This document shows, in pieces, positions 39,061 to 50,019 of a DNA stretch of 64,000 nt; the first letter of the stretch is position 1, and each line of letters starts with the position of its first letter. The stretch is taken from contig JBKHJG010000001.1 of NCBI GenBank assembly GCA_046538235.1, positions 124,762 to 188,761 on the forward strand, written 5' to 3'. A model generated the notes under the pieces. It saw only the letters and a list, made by a program, of their open reading frames with translations. It had not been told where the DNA came from and searched no databases. Made by a program: the position numbers and the translations under genes. This DNA is from Dehalococcoidia bacterium. GTDB taxonomy: Bacteria > Chloroflexota > Dehalococcoidia > GIF9 > AB-539-J10.

Positions 39061-40485
39061 ATGAAAGTCCTGTTCGTTGCCTCTGAGGCCTTTCCCTTAG
39101 TCAAGGTAGGAGGACTGGCAGACGTCACGAGTTCGCTGGCCATGGCACTCCAGGACTCAGGACATGAGACCTGTTTGATATTGCCCAAATACAGCAGCAT
39201 ACACGCTCCCGTCCAGGATGTTGAGCCGGCGGAGTTTGACGTCGAGCTTTCGGGGCACCGTGAGCAAGTGGCTCTGAGCCTGACCAGTCTCAGGGGAAGG
39301 GTGCCGGTATACCTGCTGGATAACGACCGCTACTTCAACACAGAGGAGGTCTACGCCAGGAACGAATTGGAGCGCTTTCTCTTCTTCTCGTTAAGCATCC
39401 CGGCCGTCTTCTCTCAGCTTGATTTTCATCCCGACATCATCCATTGCCATGACTGGCATACTGCACTGGTGCCCTTGTGGCTCAGAAAGGCCGACATGCC
39501 TCTGCCCAGCATATTCACCATTCACAACCTGGCCTACCAGGGCGCCTTTGACCAGCAGTTCCTCCTCAGCTCCGGCCTTTCCTCCCTATGGCACGAGTAC
39601 ACGCCCGCCGGTGCCCCCAGGCCGGCAATGAACTTCATCAGCCAGGGAATCCTTCTGGCCGACATTGTGACAACTGTCAGCCCCACCTATGCCTCGCAGA
39701 TACTGACGCCCGAATATGGTGAGGGCCTGGAGCAGTTACTGCTCTATAGGCGAAACGACCTTTGCGGCATAGTCAATGGCATCGACGATGATGAATACAA
39801 CCCGGCCACCGACCCCCGTCTGGCAAGCAATTATGATCACACAACTCTGGCGAGGAGGGCTCAGAATAAGCTCGCATTACAGAGAGAGAGTGGCCTTCCG
39901 CAAGACCCTGATACCCCGTTGTACGGCATGGTGTCCCGTCTTGAAGAGCAGAAGGGTATCGACTTACTACTCCAGGCCATAGGGCCGTTCATCGAACAGA
40001 CAACGGGTCAACTGGTCATCCTCGGTGAGGGAAGGGACCACTATCACAGCCTGCTCGCCGGGGTAGCCGTCAAGTACCCTCACCGCATATCGGTGTCCAT
40101 TGCTCATGATGAACGTCTGGCCCGTCTTATCTACGGCGGTTCCGACATGTTTCTCATGCCTTCGCGTTTTGAGCCCTGCGGACTAGGACAACTCCTGGCT
40201 ATGCGCTACGGCGCTGTCCCCGTGGTACGGCGTACCGGAGGGCTGGCAGATACGGTGAGGGATATGGCCGAAGAAGATGGGAACGGCTTCGTATTTGAGC
40301 ACTACACTGCGGATGAGATGCTGCAGGCTACAAAGAGGGCGGAGCATCACTTCCATCAACGGACCGAATGGCAGGACCTGGTGAGACGTAATATGAAGCT
40401 AGATTTCTCGTGGAAGGCATCGGCCCACAAGTACGAAGAGGCTTATCTCCGCGCGCAAGACAGGTGCTGGAGTCACCGGCGCTAA
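39061..40485 (+). CDS. glgA: glycogen synthase (ADP-glucose type)
   Basis: MKVLFVASEAFPLVKVGGLADV signature. Confidence 0.92.
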   Translation: MKVLFVASEAFPLVKVGGLADVTSSLAMALQDSGHETCLILPKYSSIHAPVQDVEPAEFDVELSGHREQVALSLTSLRGRVPVYLLDNDRYFNTEEVYARNELERFLFFSLSIPAVFSQLDFHPDIIHCHDWHTALVPLWLRKADMPLPSIFTIHNLAYQGAFDQQFLLSSGLSSLWHEYTPAGAPRPAMNFISQGILLADIVTTVSPTYASQILTPEYGEGLEQLLLYRRNDLCGIVNGIDDDEYNPATDPRLASNYDHTTLARRAQNKLALQRESGLPQDPDTPLYGMVSRLEEQKGIDLLLQAIGPFIEQTTGQLVILGEGRDHYHSLLAGVAVKYPHRISVSIAHDERLARLIYGGSDMFLMPSRFEPCGLGQLLAMRYGAVPVVRRTGGLADTVRDMAEEDGNGFVFEHYTADEMLQATKRAEHHFHQRTEWQDLVRRNMKLDFSWKASAHKYEEAYLRAQDRCWSHRR

Positions 40486-40687
40486 CGTCAGTCCCACAGC
40501 CATATCCCGGCCCGTGCAGGAGCTTGCTCTCACGGTTGCGTTTCTTGCCTTCTCACGACGATGACCGCGGCCTGAACGCCCGGATTCAGCCCTGTTTGCC
40601 CATTCTCTTTGACAGAGACATACAGATAAGGCACAATCTTTCCTGAAACAGGATTATCACCTGCCAGCAAGGCGGAGTTCTGGTGCC

Positions 40688-42682
40688 ATGGAGGAACCGA
40701 CGGGTCAAGAACGGGTTGTTATTGAAGAGCTCAATCCCCGGGTCAATGGGGGACGCTACCCCGTCAAGCGGGTCATCGGCGAGAGGGTAGTCGTGGAGGC
40801 GGACATCTTCACCGACGGCCACGATGCTATATCAGCTATGCTCCTCTACCGCGGAGAAGACGGACCTGAATGGGCTGAGACTCCTATGAGACCGCTGAGC
40901 AATGACCGTTGGCGCGGCTCCTTCACGGTCGGTGAAGTGGGGCGCTATCGCTATACAGTTCGAGCCTGGGTTGACCAGTTCAAGTCATGGCGGCGTGACC
41001 TTGCTAAGAAGGTCCAGGCAGGCCAGGAGGTGCCTGCCGACCTTGAGATAGGGGCCCGGTTGATCACTGAGGCAAGCCGGCGTGCTTCCGCACCCGAGCA
41101 GGAGAAGATGAGCCTATGGGCAGATACCTTGCGGTCTACACAGACAACAGAGGAGGCAAAGGTCCAGCTGGTCCTGAGCGAAGAAGCATCACAACTAATG
41201 GACCGATATAGTGACAGGCGATTTGCCTCCACCTATCGCCAGGAGCTTGTAGTGGCGGTTGACAGCGAGAAAGCCCGCTTCAGCTGCTGGTACGAGATTT
41301 TTCCCCGCTCCTGTGCGCCTGAGCCCGGTGGCCACGGGACCTTCAAGGACTGCGAGGCCCGCCTTCCCTATGTTGCGGACATGGGCTTCGATGTGCTGTA
41401 TTTCCCTCCTATCCATCCTATTGGCCATACCAACCGCAAAGGGAAGAACAACAGCCCTGTGGCCGGCCCTGATGACCCCGGCACTCCCTGGGCCATCGGA
41501 TCCCAAGAAGGAGGACACAGGTCCATTCACCCTCAGCTCGGCACACTGGACGACTTCCGGAGCCTGGTAGCCAGAGCGCATCGATACGGCATCGAGATCG
41601 CCCTGGATATGGCGTTCCAGTGTAGTCCCGACCACCCCTATGTAAAGGAGTATCCAGAGTGGTTCCGCTGGCGTCCCGACGATACAGTGCAGTTCGCCGA
41701 AAACCCGCCTAAGAAATACGAGGATATCTACCCCCTGGATTTCGAGACCGAGAACTGGGAGCAACTCTGGGAAGAGCTCAGGGGCATCGTGCTTTTCTGG
41801 ATCGAACAGGGCATCCGCATCTTCCGCGTGGATAACCCCCATACCAAGCCCTTCCGTTTCTGGGAGTGGCTGGTCGACGGTGTCAAGAGCTCATACCCGG
41901 ATGTCATCTTCCTGGCCGAGGCCTTCACGCGTCCCAAGGTGATGTACCAGCTGGCCAAGCTGGGCTTCACTCAGTCCTATACCTATTTCGCCTGGCGCAA
42001 CACCAAGCAGGAGCTGGTCCGGTACTTCACCGAGCTTACACAAACGGAAGTCCGGGAGTATTTCATCCCCAGTCTCTGGCCCAACACGCCGGATATTCTG
42101 ACCGAGTATCTTCAGTTTGGCGGCCGTCCCGCGTTTGTGGCCCGACTGGTCCTGGCAGCTACTCTGGGCGCCAGCTATGGCATCTACGGCCCGGCCTTTG
42201 AGCTCTGCGAGAACCGTGCCAGGGAACCGGGAAGCGAGGAGTATCTGGACTCCGAGAAATACGAGATCAGGAGCTGGGATATTGCCAGACCAGACAGCCT
42301 GAAGGAGTTCATAGCCCGGGTCAATCGGGTTCGACGGGAGAACCCTGCTCTTCACAAAGACTGGAGCCTGCGCTTCCACGACATAGACAATGAGCAGCTG
42401 GTCTGCTACAGCAAGCGCACCGATGACCTCTCCAATGTCATCCTGGTAGTGGTGAACCTCGATCCGCACCATACTCAGTCCGGCTGGATGGAGTTCCCCC
42501 TGGACGAACTAGGTATCGACCCTCAGACGCCATACCAGATGCACGACCTCTTAAGCGACGCCCGCTATCTGTGGCAGGGGGCCCACAACTATGTTGAACT
42601 CAACCCGCAGTTCGTCCCTGCCCACATCTTCCGTATGCGGCGGCGGGTACGCACGGAGCAGGACTTTGACTACTATATGTAG
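40688..42682 (+). CDS. glgE: alpha-1,4-glucan:maltose-1-phosphate maltosyltransferase
   Basis: N-terminal VNGGRYPVKRVIGERVVVEADIFTDGHD GlgE signature followed by a GH13 catalytic core. Confidence 0.88.
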   Translation: MEEPTGQERVVIEELNPRVNGGRYPVKRVIGERVVVEADIFTDGHDAISAMLLYRGEDGPEWAETPMRPLSNDRWRGSFTVGEVGRYRYTVRAWVDQFKSWRRDLAKKVQAGQEVPADLEIGARLITEASRRASAPEQEKMSLWADTLRSTQTTEEAKVQLVLSEEASQLMDRYSDRRFASTYRQELVVAVDSEKARFSCWYEIFPRSCAPEPGGHGTFKDCEARLPYVADMGFDVLYFPPIHPIGHTNRKGKNNSPVAGPDDPGTPWAIGSQEGGHRSIHPQLGTLDDFRSLVARAHRYGIEIALDMAFQCSPDHPYVKEYPEWFRWRPDDTVQFAENPPKKYEDIYPLDFETENWEQLWEELRGIVLFWIEQGIRIFRVDNPHTKPFRFWEWLVDGVKSSYPDVIFLAEAFTRPKVMYQLAKLGFTQSYTYFAWRNTKQELVRYFTELTQTEVREYFIPSLWPNTPDILTEYLQFGGRPAFVARLVLAATLGASYGIYGPAFELCENRAREPGSEEYLDSEKYEIRSWDIARPDSLKEFIARVNRVRRENPALHKDWSLRFHDIDNEQLVCYSKRTDDLSNVILVVVNLDPHHTQSGWMEFPLDELGIDPQTPYQMHDLLSDARYLWQGAHNYVELNPQFVPAHIFRMRRRVRTEQDFDYYM

Positions 42683-42725
42683 GATAGAGGGCTCATATCA
42701 TGACGCTGTAACATCCCGGTGATAA

Positions 42726-43091
42726 ATGAGTGCTAAATCGCTGATCTTAATAGCGGACACCAACCGCAGTAACCTGGAGTTCCTGTCGCAGCAGCTCGAG
42801 CAGGCAGGCTATGAGACGATTGCTGCCTCCAGCCTGGAGGAAGTGGACCAGGCCATTCAGGGCAAAGAGAGCATCGCGCTGTCGCTGATAGATGTCTCGG
42901 GCTTCGACCAGCATATCTGGCAACGCTGCCAGGAGTTACACAGGGCCAGGACGCCCTTTGTCGTGATCTCACCCCAGCGCAGCTCCACCGTTCAACGGCA
43001 CAGCATGGAACACGGGGCCAGCGGCCTGCTCGCCAAGCCGCTTGATGTCAAGGACTTGCTGGAACACATACATACAGTGCTTGGTGACTAG
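42726..43091 (+). CDS. stand-alone response-regulator receiver (REC) domain protein
   Basis: CheY-like layout with a phospho-acceptor Asp in LSLIDVSG, Ser in VVISP and Lys in LAKPLD. The acidic pocket is partly degenerate (IADTN rather than DD). Its stop is 3 nt before the treS start. Confidence 0.7.
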   Translation: MSAKSLILIADTNRSNLEFLSQQLEQAGYETIAASSLEEVDQAIQGKESIALSLIDVSGFDQHIWQRCQELHRARTPFVVISPQRSSTVQRHSMEHGASGLLAKPLDVKDLLEHIHTVLGD

Positions 43092-43094
43092 CTT

Positions 43095-46000
43095 ATGAAG
43101 AGACGAAGCCACAGCAAGCCATTTCCGTCCAGTGATGATCCTCTCTGGTACAAAGACGCCATAATCTACGAGCTTCACGTCCGTGCCTTTTCGGATAGCC
43201 AGGGCGACGGCGTGGGCGATTTCCTGGGACTTACCCAGAAGCTTGATTACCTCGAGGATCTGGGTGTTACCGGCCTGTGGTTGTTGCCCTTCTATCCCTC
43301 GCCCCTGAAGGATGATGGCTACGACATCTCTGACTACACCAGCATCCAACCGGTGTACGGCAGTATGCACGATTTCAGGACCTTTGTGGATGAGGCCCAC
43401 CGGAGGGGTATCCGCGTCATTACGGAGCTGGTCCTTAACCACACGTCTGACCAGCACCCCTGGTTCCAGCGGGCGCGCCGGGCGGCAGTGACAAGTCGCT
43501 GGCGCAGCTTCTACGTCTGGAGCGACACGCCGGAACGGTACCAGGAGGCCCGCATCATCTTCAAAGACTCCGAGTACTCTAACTGGACATGGGACAATGT
43601 AGCCAGGGCGTACTACTGGCACCGCTTCTATTCACACCAGCCTGACCTGAACTATGACAGCCCCGCTGTCCGGCGGGCAGTCTTCAGAATCCTGGACTCC
43701 TGGTTGAGGGTGGGAGTTGATGCCCTGAGAGTGGATGCAGTACCCTACCTCTACGAGAGGGAGGGCACGAATTGCGAGAACCTGCCGGAAACACACGCTT
43801 TCTTAAAGGAATTGCGCAGACATGTTGATGGAAGCTTCAGAGATCGTATGCTCTTGGCAGAGGCCAACCAGTGGCCCGAAGATGCAGCCGCCTACTTCGG
43901 AGACGGTGATGAGTTCCATATGGCCTTCCACTTCCCGCTCATGCCCCGTATGTTCATGGCCATCCGCATGGAGGACCGTTTCCCTATCATAGACATTATC
44001 CAGCAGACGCCGGCAATACCGCAGGTCTGCCAGTGGGCGGTCTTTCTCCGCAATCACGATGAGCTAACCCTTGAGATGGTCACGGATGAAGAGCGAGACT
44101 ATATGTACCGGATGTATGCCAGTGATCCCGCTGCCCGGCTCAACCTCGGCATCCGGCGACGCCTGGCACCTCTGTTGAACAACGACCGCAAGAAGATTGA
44201 ACTGATGAACGGCCTGCTCTTCTCCCTGCCCGGGACGCCGGTCCTTTACTATGGGGACGAAATCGGCATGGGGGATAACTTCTATCTCGGCGACCGCAAC
44301 GGGGTACGTACCCCAATGCAGTGGAGCCCTGACCGCAACGCAGGGTTCTCTCATGCCAACCCTCAGAGACTCTACCTTCCGCCGATCATAGACCCGGAGT
44401 ACCACTATGAGTCGGTAAATGTGGAGAATCAACAAAACAACCCCGACTCCCTGCTGTGGTGGATGAAGCGAACTATTGCTCTGAGGAAGCGCTTCAAGGC
44501 TTTCGGGCGGGGGAGCCTGGAATTCCTGCAGCCGAAAAACCGCAAGATCCTCGCCTTCCTACGCCGCTATGAGGGCGAGACCATCCTTGTGGTGGCCAAC
44601 CTGGCACATGCCGCTCAGCAAGCTCAGCTTGACCTCGGCCAGTTTCAGGGCAGGGTGCCCGTTGAGCTCTTCGGCCGGGCGGAATTCGCCCCCATCGGCG
44701 ATGGAGGGTATACCTTCACCCTCAGCCCTCATGCTTTCTACTGGTTTTCCCTGGAACCGGAGCGCTCTGAGACGCTTCGCTTTCGTTCCCTGCCTCCCGA
44801 GGCCGCGGTGGCTCTTCCTTCACTGGCCGAGACGGAGGAAAAGCTGTACAGGAAGGAAAACCGCTTTGTCCTGGAAGCAGTACTGCTGGAGTACATAAGG
44901 GGCCGTCGCTGGTTCCGCGGTAAGGCACGTGACTCCTGGGCGCTGCAGATTCTGGATGTTATACCCGTGAATTCTGCGGAATCTGCCGCTAACCTCGTCT
45001 TCGTTGAAGTGGAATACACCGAAGGAGACCCCGAGACATATATGCTGCCCCTTGCCAGCACTCCTGCCGAGCAGGCCAGCGATATTACGGCGGAGTATCC
45101 CCATACCGTTGTCGCCCGCCTGAAACCCAGAGGGAAGGACGGTGACAACGAGCGCCTGTTATATGATGCGCTGGCGGACAAGAGCTTCTGCATGTTCCTG
45201 GTGAAAGCCATTGGACAGCGACGCCATTTCAAGGGAAAGACTGGCGAAATCGTGGCCTCGCGCACCCAAGCCTTCCGCAGCGTCCGCGGATCGACCGAAG
45301 CCTCACTCGAACCCGTGCCCGTCAAGGCAGAGCAGACCAACACGTCTGTTGTCTACGGAGACCGGCTTATCCTCAAGATGTTCCGCCGCATCGAGGAGGG
45401 GATCAACCCTGAGTTCGAACTCGGACGGCTCCTGACAGAGAGACTTGCCTTCCCGCATATTGCGCCGGTGGGCGGGGCCATTGAATACCGTCCCAGAAAA
45501 GGCAAGACCATGACCTTGGCCACTCTTCAGCGCTTCGTACCCAACGAAGGAGATGCCTGGCAATACACTCTGGATACCCTGAACCGCTATTTTCAGTCTG
45601 TGCTGGCACATCCCACGGTGCAGGTACCACCCATTTCCCAGAAACATGTCCTGGCCTTGCTCAAGGAGCCACCTGCGCTGGCCCAGGAGACTATTGGTCC
45701 CTATCTCCTTTCGGCACAGCTCCTGGGAAGTCGGACCGCTGAAATGCACGTAGCACTGGCCTCCATAACGGACGACCCAGAGTTCGCACCTGAGCCATTC
45801 TCCCTTATCTACCAGAATGCGCTGTGCCATGCCATGCGTAGCTTCACTATCCGCACACTGCAACTCCTGAGGGAGCACTTCAGAGACCTGCCGCAGGAGC
45901 CCAGGGAGACTGCTGCTCAGGTCCTGGACTCAGAAGAGAGCATCATGAAGCGCTTTCGCTTGCTTCGCAATCGGAAGATCTCGGCGATGCGGTTACGTTG

Positions 46001-46496
46001 CCACGGGGACTACCATCTGGGGCAGTTGCTCTATACCGGGAAGGACTTCGTTATCATCGATTTTGAGGGCGAACCGGCGCGCTCCTTGAGCGAGCGGCGG
46101 ATCAAGCGATCGCCTTTGATGGATGTTGCCGGTATGATACGCTCCTTCCACTATGCCGCCCACAGCGCCCTCCTACAGCAGGCTTCGCTGGCGCTCAAAC
46201 CGGAGGACCTGCCTGCACTGGAACAGTGGGCGCAGTTTTGGTACATCTGGGTATCGTCATCGTTTCTCGTAGCCTATCTGAACGGCGTCAAACAGGCCCG
46301 GCTGCTTCCCGATGATCCAGAACAGCTGAGGGTCCTTCTTGACGCCTATCTCTTGCAGAAGGGCATCTATGAAATCGGCTATGAACTGAACAATCGACCG
46401 GACTGGCTGAAGGTGCCGCTTCAGGGCATATTACAGCTGCTGAGCATGGACACCGAGCAAAGGATGCCCGACGTAATCCCTGCGTCAGCGAAATAG
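43095..46496 (+). CDS. treS: trehalose synthase fused to maltokinase (TreS-Pep2/Mak)
   Basis: GH13 TreS N-terminal region (AIIYELHVRAFSDSQGDGVGDF, PFYPSPLKDDGYDISDY) with a ~450-aa C-terminal aminoglycoside-kinase-like maltokinase region. Confidence 0.88.
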   Translation: MKRRSHSKPFPSSDDPLWYKDAIIYELHVRAFSDSQGDGVGDFLGLTQKLDYLEDLGVTGLWLLPFYPSPLKDDGYDISDYTSIQPVYGSMHDFRTFVDEAHRRGIRVITELVLNHTSDQHPWFQRARRAAVTSRWRSFYVWSDTPERYQEARIIFKDSEYSNWTWDNVARAYYWHRFYSHQPDLNYDSPAVRRAVFRILDSWLRVGVDALRVDAVPYLYEREGTNCENLPETHAFLKELRRHVDGSFRDRMLLAEANQWPEDAAAYFGDGDEFHMAFHFPLMPRMFMAIRMEDRFPIIDIIQQTPAIPQVCQWAVFLRNHDELTLEMVTDEERDYMYRMYASDPAARLNLGIRRRLAPLLNNDRKKIELMNGLLFSLPGTPVLYYGDEIGMGDNFYLGDRNGVRTPMQWSPDRNAGFSHANPQRLYLPPIIDPEYHYESVNVENQQNNPDSLLWWMKRTIALRKRFKAFGRGSLEFLQPKNRKILAFLRRYEGETILVVANLAHAAQQAQLDLGQFQGRVPVELFGRAEFAPIGDGGYTFTLSPHAFYWFSLEPERSETLRFRSLPPEAAVALPSLAETEEKLYRKENRFVLEAVLLEYIRGRRWFRGKARDSWALQILDVIPVNSAESAANLVFVEVEYTEGDPETYMLPLASTPAEQASDITAEYPHTVVARLKPRGKDGDNERLLYDALADKSFCMFLVKAIGQRRHFKGKTGEIVASRTQAFRSVRGSTEASLEPVPVKAEQTNTSVVYGDRLILKMFRRIEEGINPEFELGRLLTERLAFPHIAPVGGAIEYRPRKGKTMTLATLQRFVPNEGDAWQYTLDTLNRYFQSVLAHPTVQVPPISQKHVLALLKEPPALAQETIGPYLLSAQLLGSRTAEMHVALASITDDPEFAPEPFSLIYQNALCHAMRSFTIRTLQLLREHFRDLPQEPRETAAQVLDSEESIMKRFRLLRNRKISAMRLRCHGDYHLGQLLYTGKDFVIIDFEGEPARSLSERRIKRSPLMDVAGMIRSFHYAAHSALLQQASLALKPEDLPALEQWAQFWYIWVSSSFLVAYLNGVKQARLLPDDPEQLRVLLDAYLLQKGIYEIGYELNNRPDWLKVPLQGILQLLSMDTEQRMPDVIPASAK

Positions 46497-46529
46497 CCCG
46501 CATCCTCCCTCAAAGGGAGGATTTCGGAT

Positions 46530-48497
46530 ATGAGAAATGGAGTGAACACAGGTAGAGACAGATACTCGGAGGACAAGATGAATGGCCAGCCACCGCGCTA
46601 TGACACAAGCATGCTGGGCGATGACGACCTCTACCTCTTTAACGAGGGATCGCACTATCGACTGTATGAGAAGCTTGGCGCTCATCCCATGGTGGTGGAT
46701 GGTACTGAAGGGATTTACTTCGCCGTATGGGCACCCAGTGCCAAGCAGGTCTCGGTCATTGGTGACTTCAACGGCTGGAACAGATCTAGCCATCAATTGC
46801 GTGCCCAAGGGCAGTCCGGTATCTGGGAAGGTTTTGTCCCTGGTGTAGCTAAAGGTGCAACCTACAAGTATTACCTCATCTCCCATCACAGAGGCTATCA
46901 TGTCCAGAAAGCCGACCCATTTGCCTTCTACGCTGAGACTCCTCCCAATACAGCCTCCCTCGTCTGGGACCTGGATTATAGCTGGGGAGACCAGGCGTGG
47001 ATGGACAAGCGACACGCTCACAACGCCCTTGATGCCCCTATCTCCATCTACGAAGTACACCTGGGCTCCTGGCGGCGCGTGCCTGAGGAAGGGAACCGCT
47101 TCCTCAGCTACCGCGAGCTTGCCCCCAGGCTGGCGCAGTACGTGAATGAGCTGGGCTTCACCCATGTCGAGTTTCTGCCTGTGATGGAGCACCCGTTCTA
47201 CGGCTCCTGGGGCTATCAGATAACGGGATACTTTGCTCCCACCAGCCGCTACGGTACTCCCCAGGACTTCATGTACCTCGTTGATTATCTGCACCAGCAC
47301 GGCATAGGGGTAATCCTCGACTGGGTACCCTCTCATTTCCCTAACGATGAGCATGGACTGGGCTATTTCGATGGGACACATCTGTACGAACACGGAGATC
47401 CGAGACAGGGCATTCATCCCGATTGGAACAGCTTCATCTTCAACTACAGTCGCCACGAAGTGAGGAGCTTTCTTCTCAGCAACGCCCTGTTCTGGCTGGA
47501 CAAATACCACGTCGACGGCCTGCGTGTAGATGCGGTAGCCTCCATGCTCTATCTGGATTACGGTCGTAAACAGGGTGAATGGATACCCAATAAGCACGGA
47601 GGGCGGGAGAACCTGGAGGCAATCTCATTTCTGCGCCGCTTTAACGAAGCGGTCTACCAGGAGATCCCCGGTGCACACACTATCGCCGAAGAGTCCACCG
47701 CCTGGCCCTCGGTGTCTCGCCCGACTTACCTGGGAGGCCTGGGCTTCGGCATGAAGTGGGACATGGGCTGGATGCATGATACCCTGGAATACATCACCAG
47801 GGATCCCATACACCGCAAATACCACCATAACAACCTGACTTTCCGTTTGATCTATGCCTTCTTTGAGAACTTCGTCCTGCCGCTGTCTCACGATGAGGTT
47901 GTACACGGCAAGGGTTCCCTCCTGGCAAAGATGCCCGGAGACGACTGGCAGAAGTTTGCTAACTTGAGGCTCCTTCTGGGCTATATGTACGGCCAGCCCG
48001 GCAAGAAGCTGCTGTTCATGGGAGGGGAGTTCGGCCAGTGGCGCGAATGGACACACGACGACAGCCTGGAATGGCACCTCCTCAATCATACTCCTCACCT
48101 GGGCCTCCGGCGCTGGGTGGAGGACCTCAACCGGCTATATCGGGAGCAGCGGGCCCTCTATGAACTGGACTTCGAACACGTAGGCTTCGAATGGATTGAC
48201 TGCAACGACGTCGAGCATAGCGTAATCAGTCTCATTCGTAAGGGGCGCTCGCGCGACGACCTCGTTGCCGTAGTATGCAATTTCACTCCCACTACTCATG
48301 TCAACTACCGGATCGGAGTACCGCAGTCAGGACTGTGGAACGAGCTGTTGAACAGCGATGCCAGGGAATATGGAGGTAGCGGTCAGGGGAATCTGGGCGG
48401 AGTGGAGGCAGCACCGATTCCCTTGCATGGCCGTCCCCATTCGCTGACCATCACCCTGCCGCCGCTGGCCGTTGTCTTTCTCAAGCCTTCGCAGTGA
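46530..48497 (+). CDS. glgB: 1,4-alpha-glucan branching enzyme (GH13)
   Basis: CBM48 followed by a GH13 catalytic core ([20 protein letters not shown]). Confidence 0.92.
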   Translation: MRNGVNTGRDRYSEDKMNGQPPRYDTSMLGDDDLYLFNEGSHYRLYEKLGAHPMVVDGTEGIYFAVWAPSAKQVSVIGDFNGWNRSSHQLRAQGQSGIWEGFVPGVAKGATYKYYLISHHRGYHVQKADPFAFYAETPPNTASLVWDLDYSWGDQAWMDKRHAHNALDAPISIYEVHLGSWRRVPEEGNRFLSYRELAPRLAQYVNELGFTHVEFLPVMEHPFYGSWGYQITGYFAPTSRYGTPQDFMYLVDYLHQHGIGVILDWVPSHFPNDEHGLGYFDGTHLYEHGDPRQGIHPDWNSFIFNYSRHEVRSFLLSNALFWLDKYHVDGLRVDAVASMLYLDYGRKQGEWIPNKHGGRENLEAISFLRRFNEAVYQEIPGAHTIAEESTAWPSVSRPTYLGGLGFGMKWDMGWMHDTLEYITRDPIHRKYHHNNLTFRLIYAFFENFVLPLSHDEVVHGKGSLLAKMPGDDWQKFANLRLLLGYMYGQPGKKLLFMGGEFGQWREWTHDDSLEWHLLNHTPHLGLRRWVEDLNRLYREQRALYELDFEHVGFEWIDCNDVEHSVISLIRKGRSRDDLVAVVCNFTPTTHVNYRIGVPQSGLWNELLNSDAREYGGSGQGNLGGVEAAPIPLHGRPHSLTITLPPLAVVFLKPSQ

Positions 48498-48522
48498 AAC
48501 GGGGCACCTGACGCGGGCGTAC

Positions 48523-49959
48523 CTACTCGATCTCCTCGACCTTGAGCAGATTGGTGGAACCGATTACTGCGATAGGGATGCCGCCCGTTATCACTATCAG
48601 GTCACCGCGCCTTGCCAGCCCCGACTCTTTGGCAATCCTGGCGGCTGTGCTAAACAGGTCATCGATGGATGAAGCCGGGCCTACCTGGTAAGGGTAAACG
48701 CCCCAATGCAGCACTAGCCTACCTGCAACCGCGGCATCGGGCGTAATGGCCAGGACGGGCATTCGGGGACGGTATTTCGATACCCGTCCCGCTGTGCTGC
48801 CGGACTGCGTAAAGGCCACCACCCCCACAGCCCCCAGACGCTGGGCTGTGTGACAGGCACTATAGCTTATGAGTTCATCCGTTTTCTGCTCCAGCCACTT
48901 GCCCTTTTCCCACAATATCTGCTCATAGGCCAGTTTCTTCTCTGTCTCCCGGGCGATCCTGGCCATCATCCTCACCGCTGGCACGGGGTATTTCCCTATG
49001 GAGGTTTCTGCCGAGAGCATGACGGCATCGGTACCGTCAAATATGGCATTGGCCACATCGGTGACTTCAGCCCTGGTTGGTCGGTGAGCTTTAACCATCG
49101 ATTCCAGCATCTGGGTAGCCGTAATGACCGGCTTGCCCGCCTGATTGCATTTTCCTATGATCTCCTTCTGCACCAGTGGCACCTTCTCCAGGGGAATGTC
49201 CACGCCCAGGTCTCCCCGCGCCACCATTATGCCCTCACTCGCCGCCAGGATGCTGTCAAACTTGCTGACCGCCGCGCCCCTCTCGATCTTGGCGATAACT
49301 GGTATGTCGACACCGTTGTCATGCAATATAGCTCTTACTCCGGTTACGTCCTGGGCACTGCCCACAAAAGAGAGGGCCAGGTAATCGGGCCGGTGCTTGA
49401 CTGCGAAGTCGATGCACTCGCGCAGGCCATCGGTGATGAAGGGACCCGACGTGCGCATACCGGGCATCACCACACCCCTCCCCTCGGTAAGTATGCCGCC
49501 AACCATTACCTCGCACCTGACCTGTGAGCCCTCTGCCTCGAGCACCTTCAGTTGCATCGCGCCATCGTCGAGCAATACGGTATCGCCCGCTTTTGTGTCC
49601 TGAGGAAGCGTAGCAAGATTGACCGGTATTAGCGCCTCGTCGCCAACAACGTGCATGGTGGTGAGGACAACCTCCGCACCCTTCCTCAGCCTGACCTGCC
49701 CGTCTTTCAGCTTGCCCGTGCGGTACTTGGCCCCTGGAAGATCCATGAGCACCGCCACGGGGATTGACAGACGGCGCGATAGCTTCCTCACATTCCGAAT
49801 ATGCAGAGAGTGTTCGTCGTACGTACCGTGGGTCAGATTGAGCCTGGCGACATTCATGCCAGCCCTCATCAGCTGCTCGATCATGGCGGCTGAACGAGTA
49901 GCCGGACCGATCGTACACACTATCTTGGTTCTTCTCGCGAACAAGCCGGAGAGTTTCAT
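48523..49959 (-). CDS. pyk: pyruvate kinase
   Basis: TKIVCTIGPAT and MNVARLNLTHG signatures. Confidence 0.93.
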   Translation of the reverse strand: MKLSGLFARRTKIVCTIGPATRSAAMIEQLMRAGMNVARLNLTHGTYDEHSLHIRNVRKLSRRLSIPVAVLMDLPGAKYRTGKLKDGQVRLRKGAEVVLTTMHVVGDEALIPVNLATLPQDTKAGDTVLLDDGAMQLKVLEAEGSQVRCEVMVGGILTEGRGVVMPGMRTSGPFITDGLRECIDFAVKHRPDYLALSFVGSAQDVTGVRAILHDNGVDIPVIAKIERGAAVSKFDSILAASEGIMVARGDLGVDIPLEKVPLVQKEIIGKCNQAGKPVITATQMLESMVKAHRPTRAEVTDVANAIFDGTDAVMLSAETSIGKYPVPAVRMMARIARETEKKLAYEQILWEKGKWLEQKTDELISYSACHTAQRLGAVGVVAFTQSGSTAGRVSKYRPRMPVLAITPDAAVAGRLVLHWGVYPYQVGPASSIDDLFSTAARIAKESGLARRGDLIVITGGIPIAVIGSTNLLKVEEIE

Positions 49960-50019
49960 GTCACCGCCTGTCTTGTATATACCGCATCGCCTCTCCCCTC
50001 AAGGCTCCATGGCTGCGGC

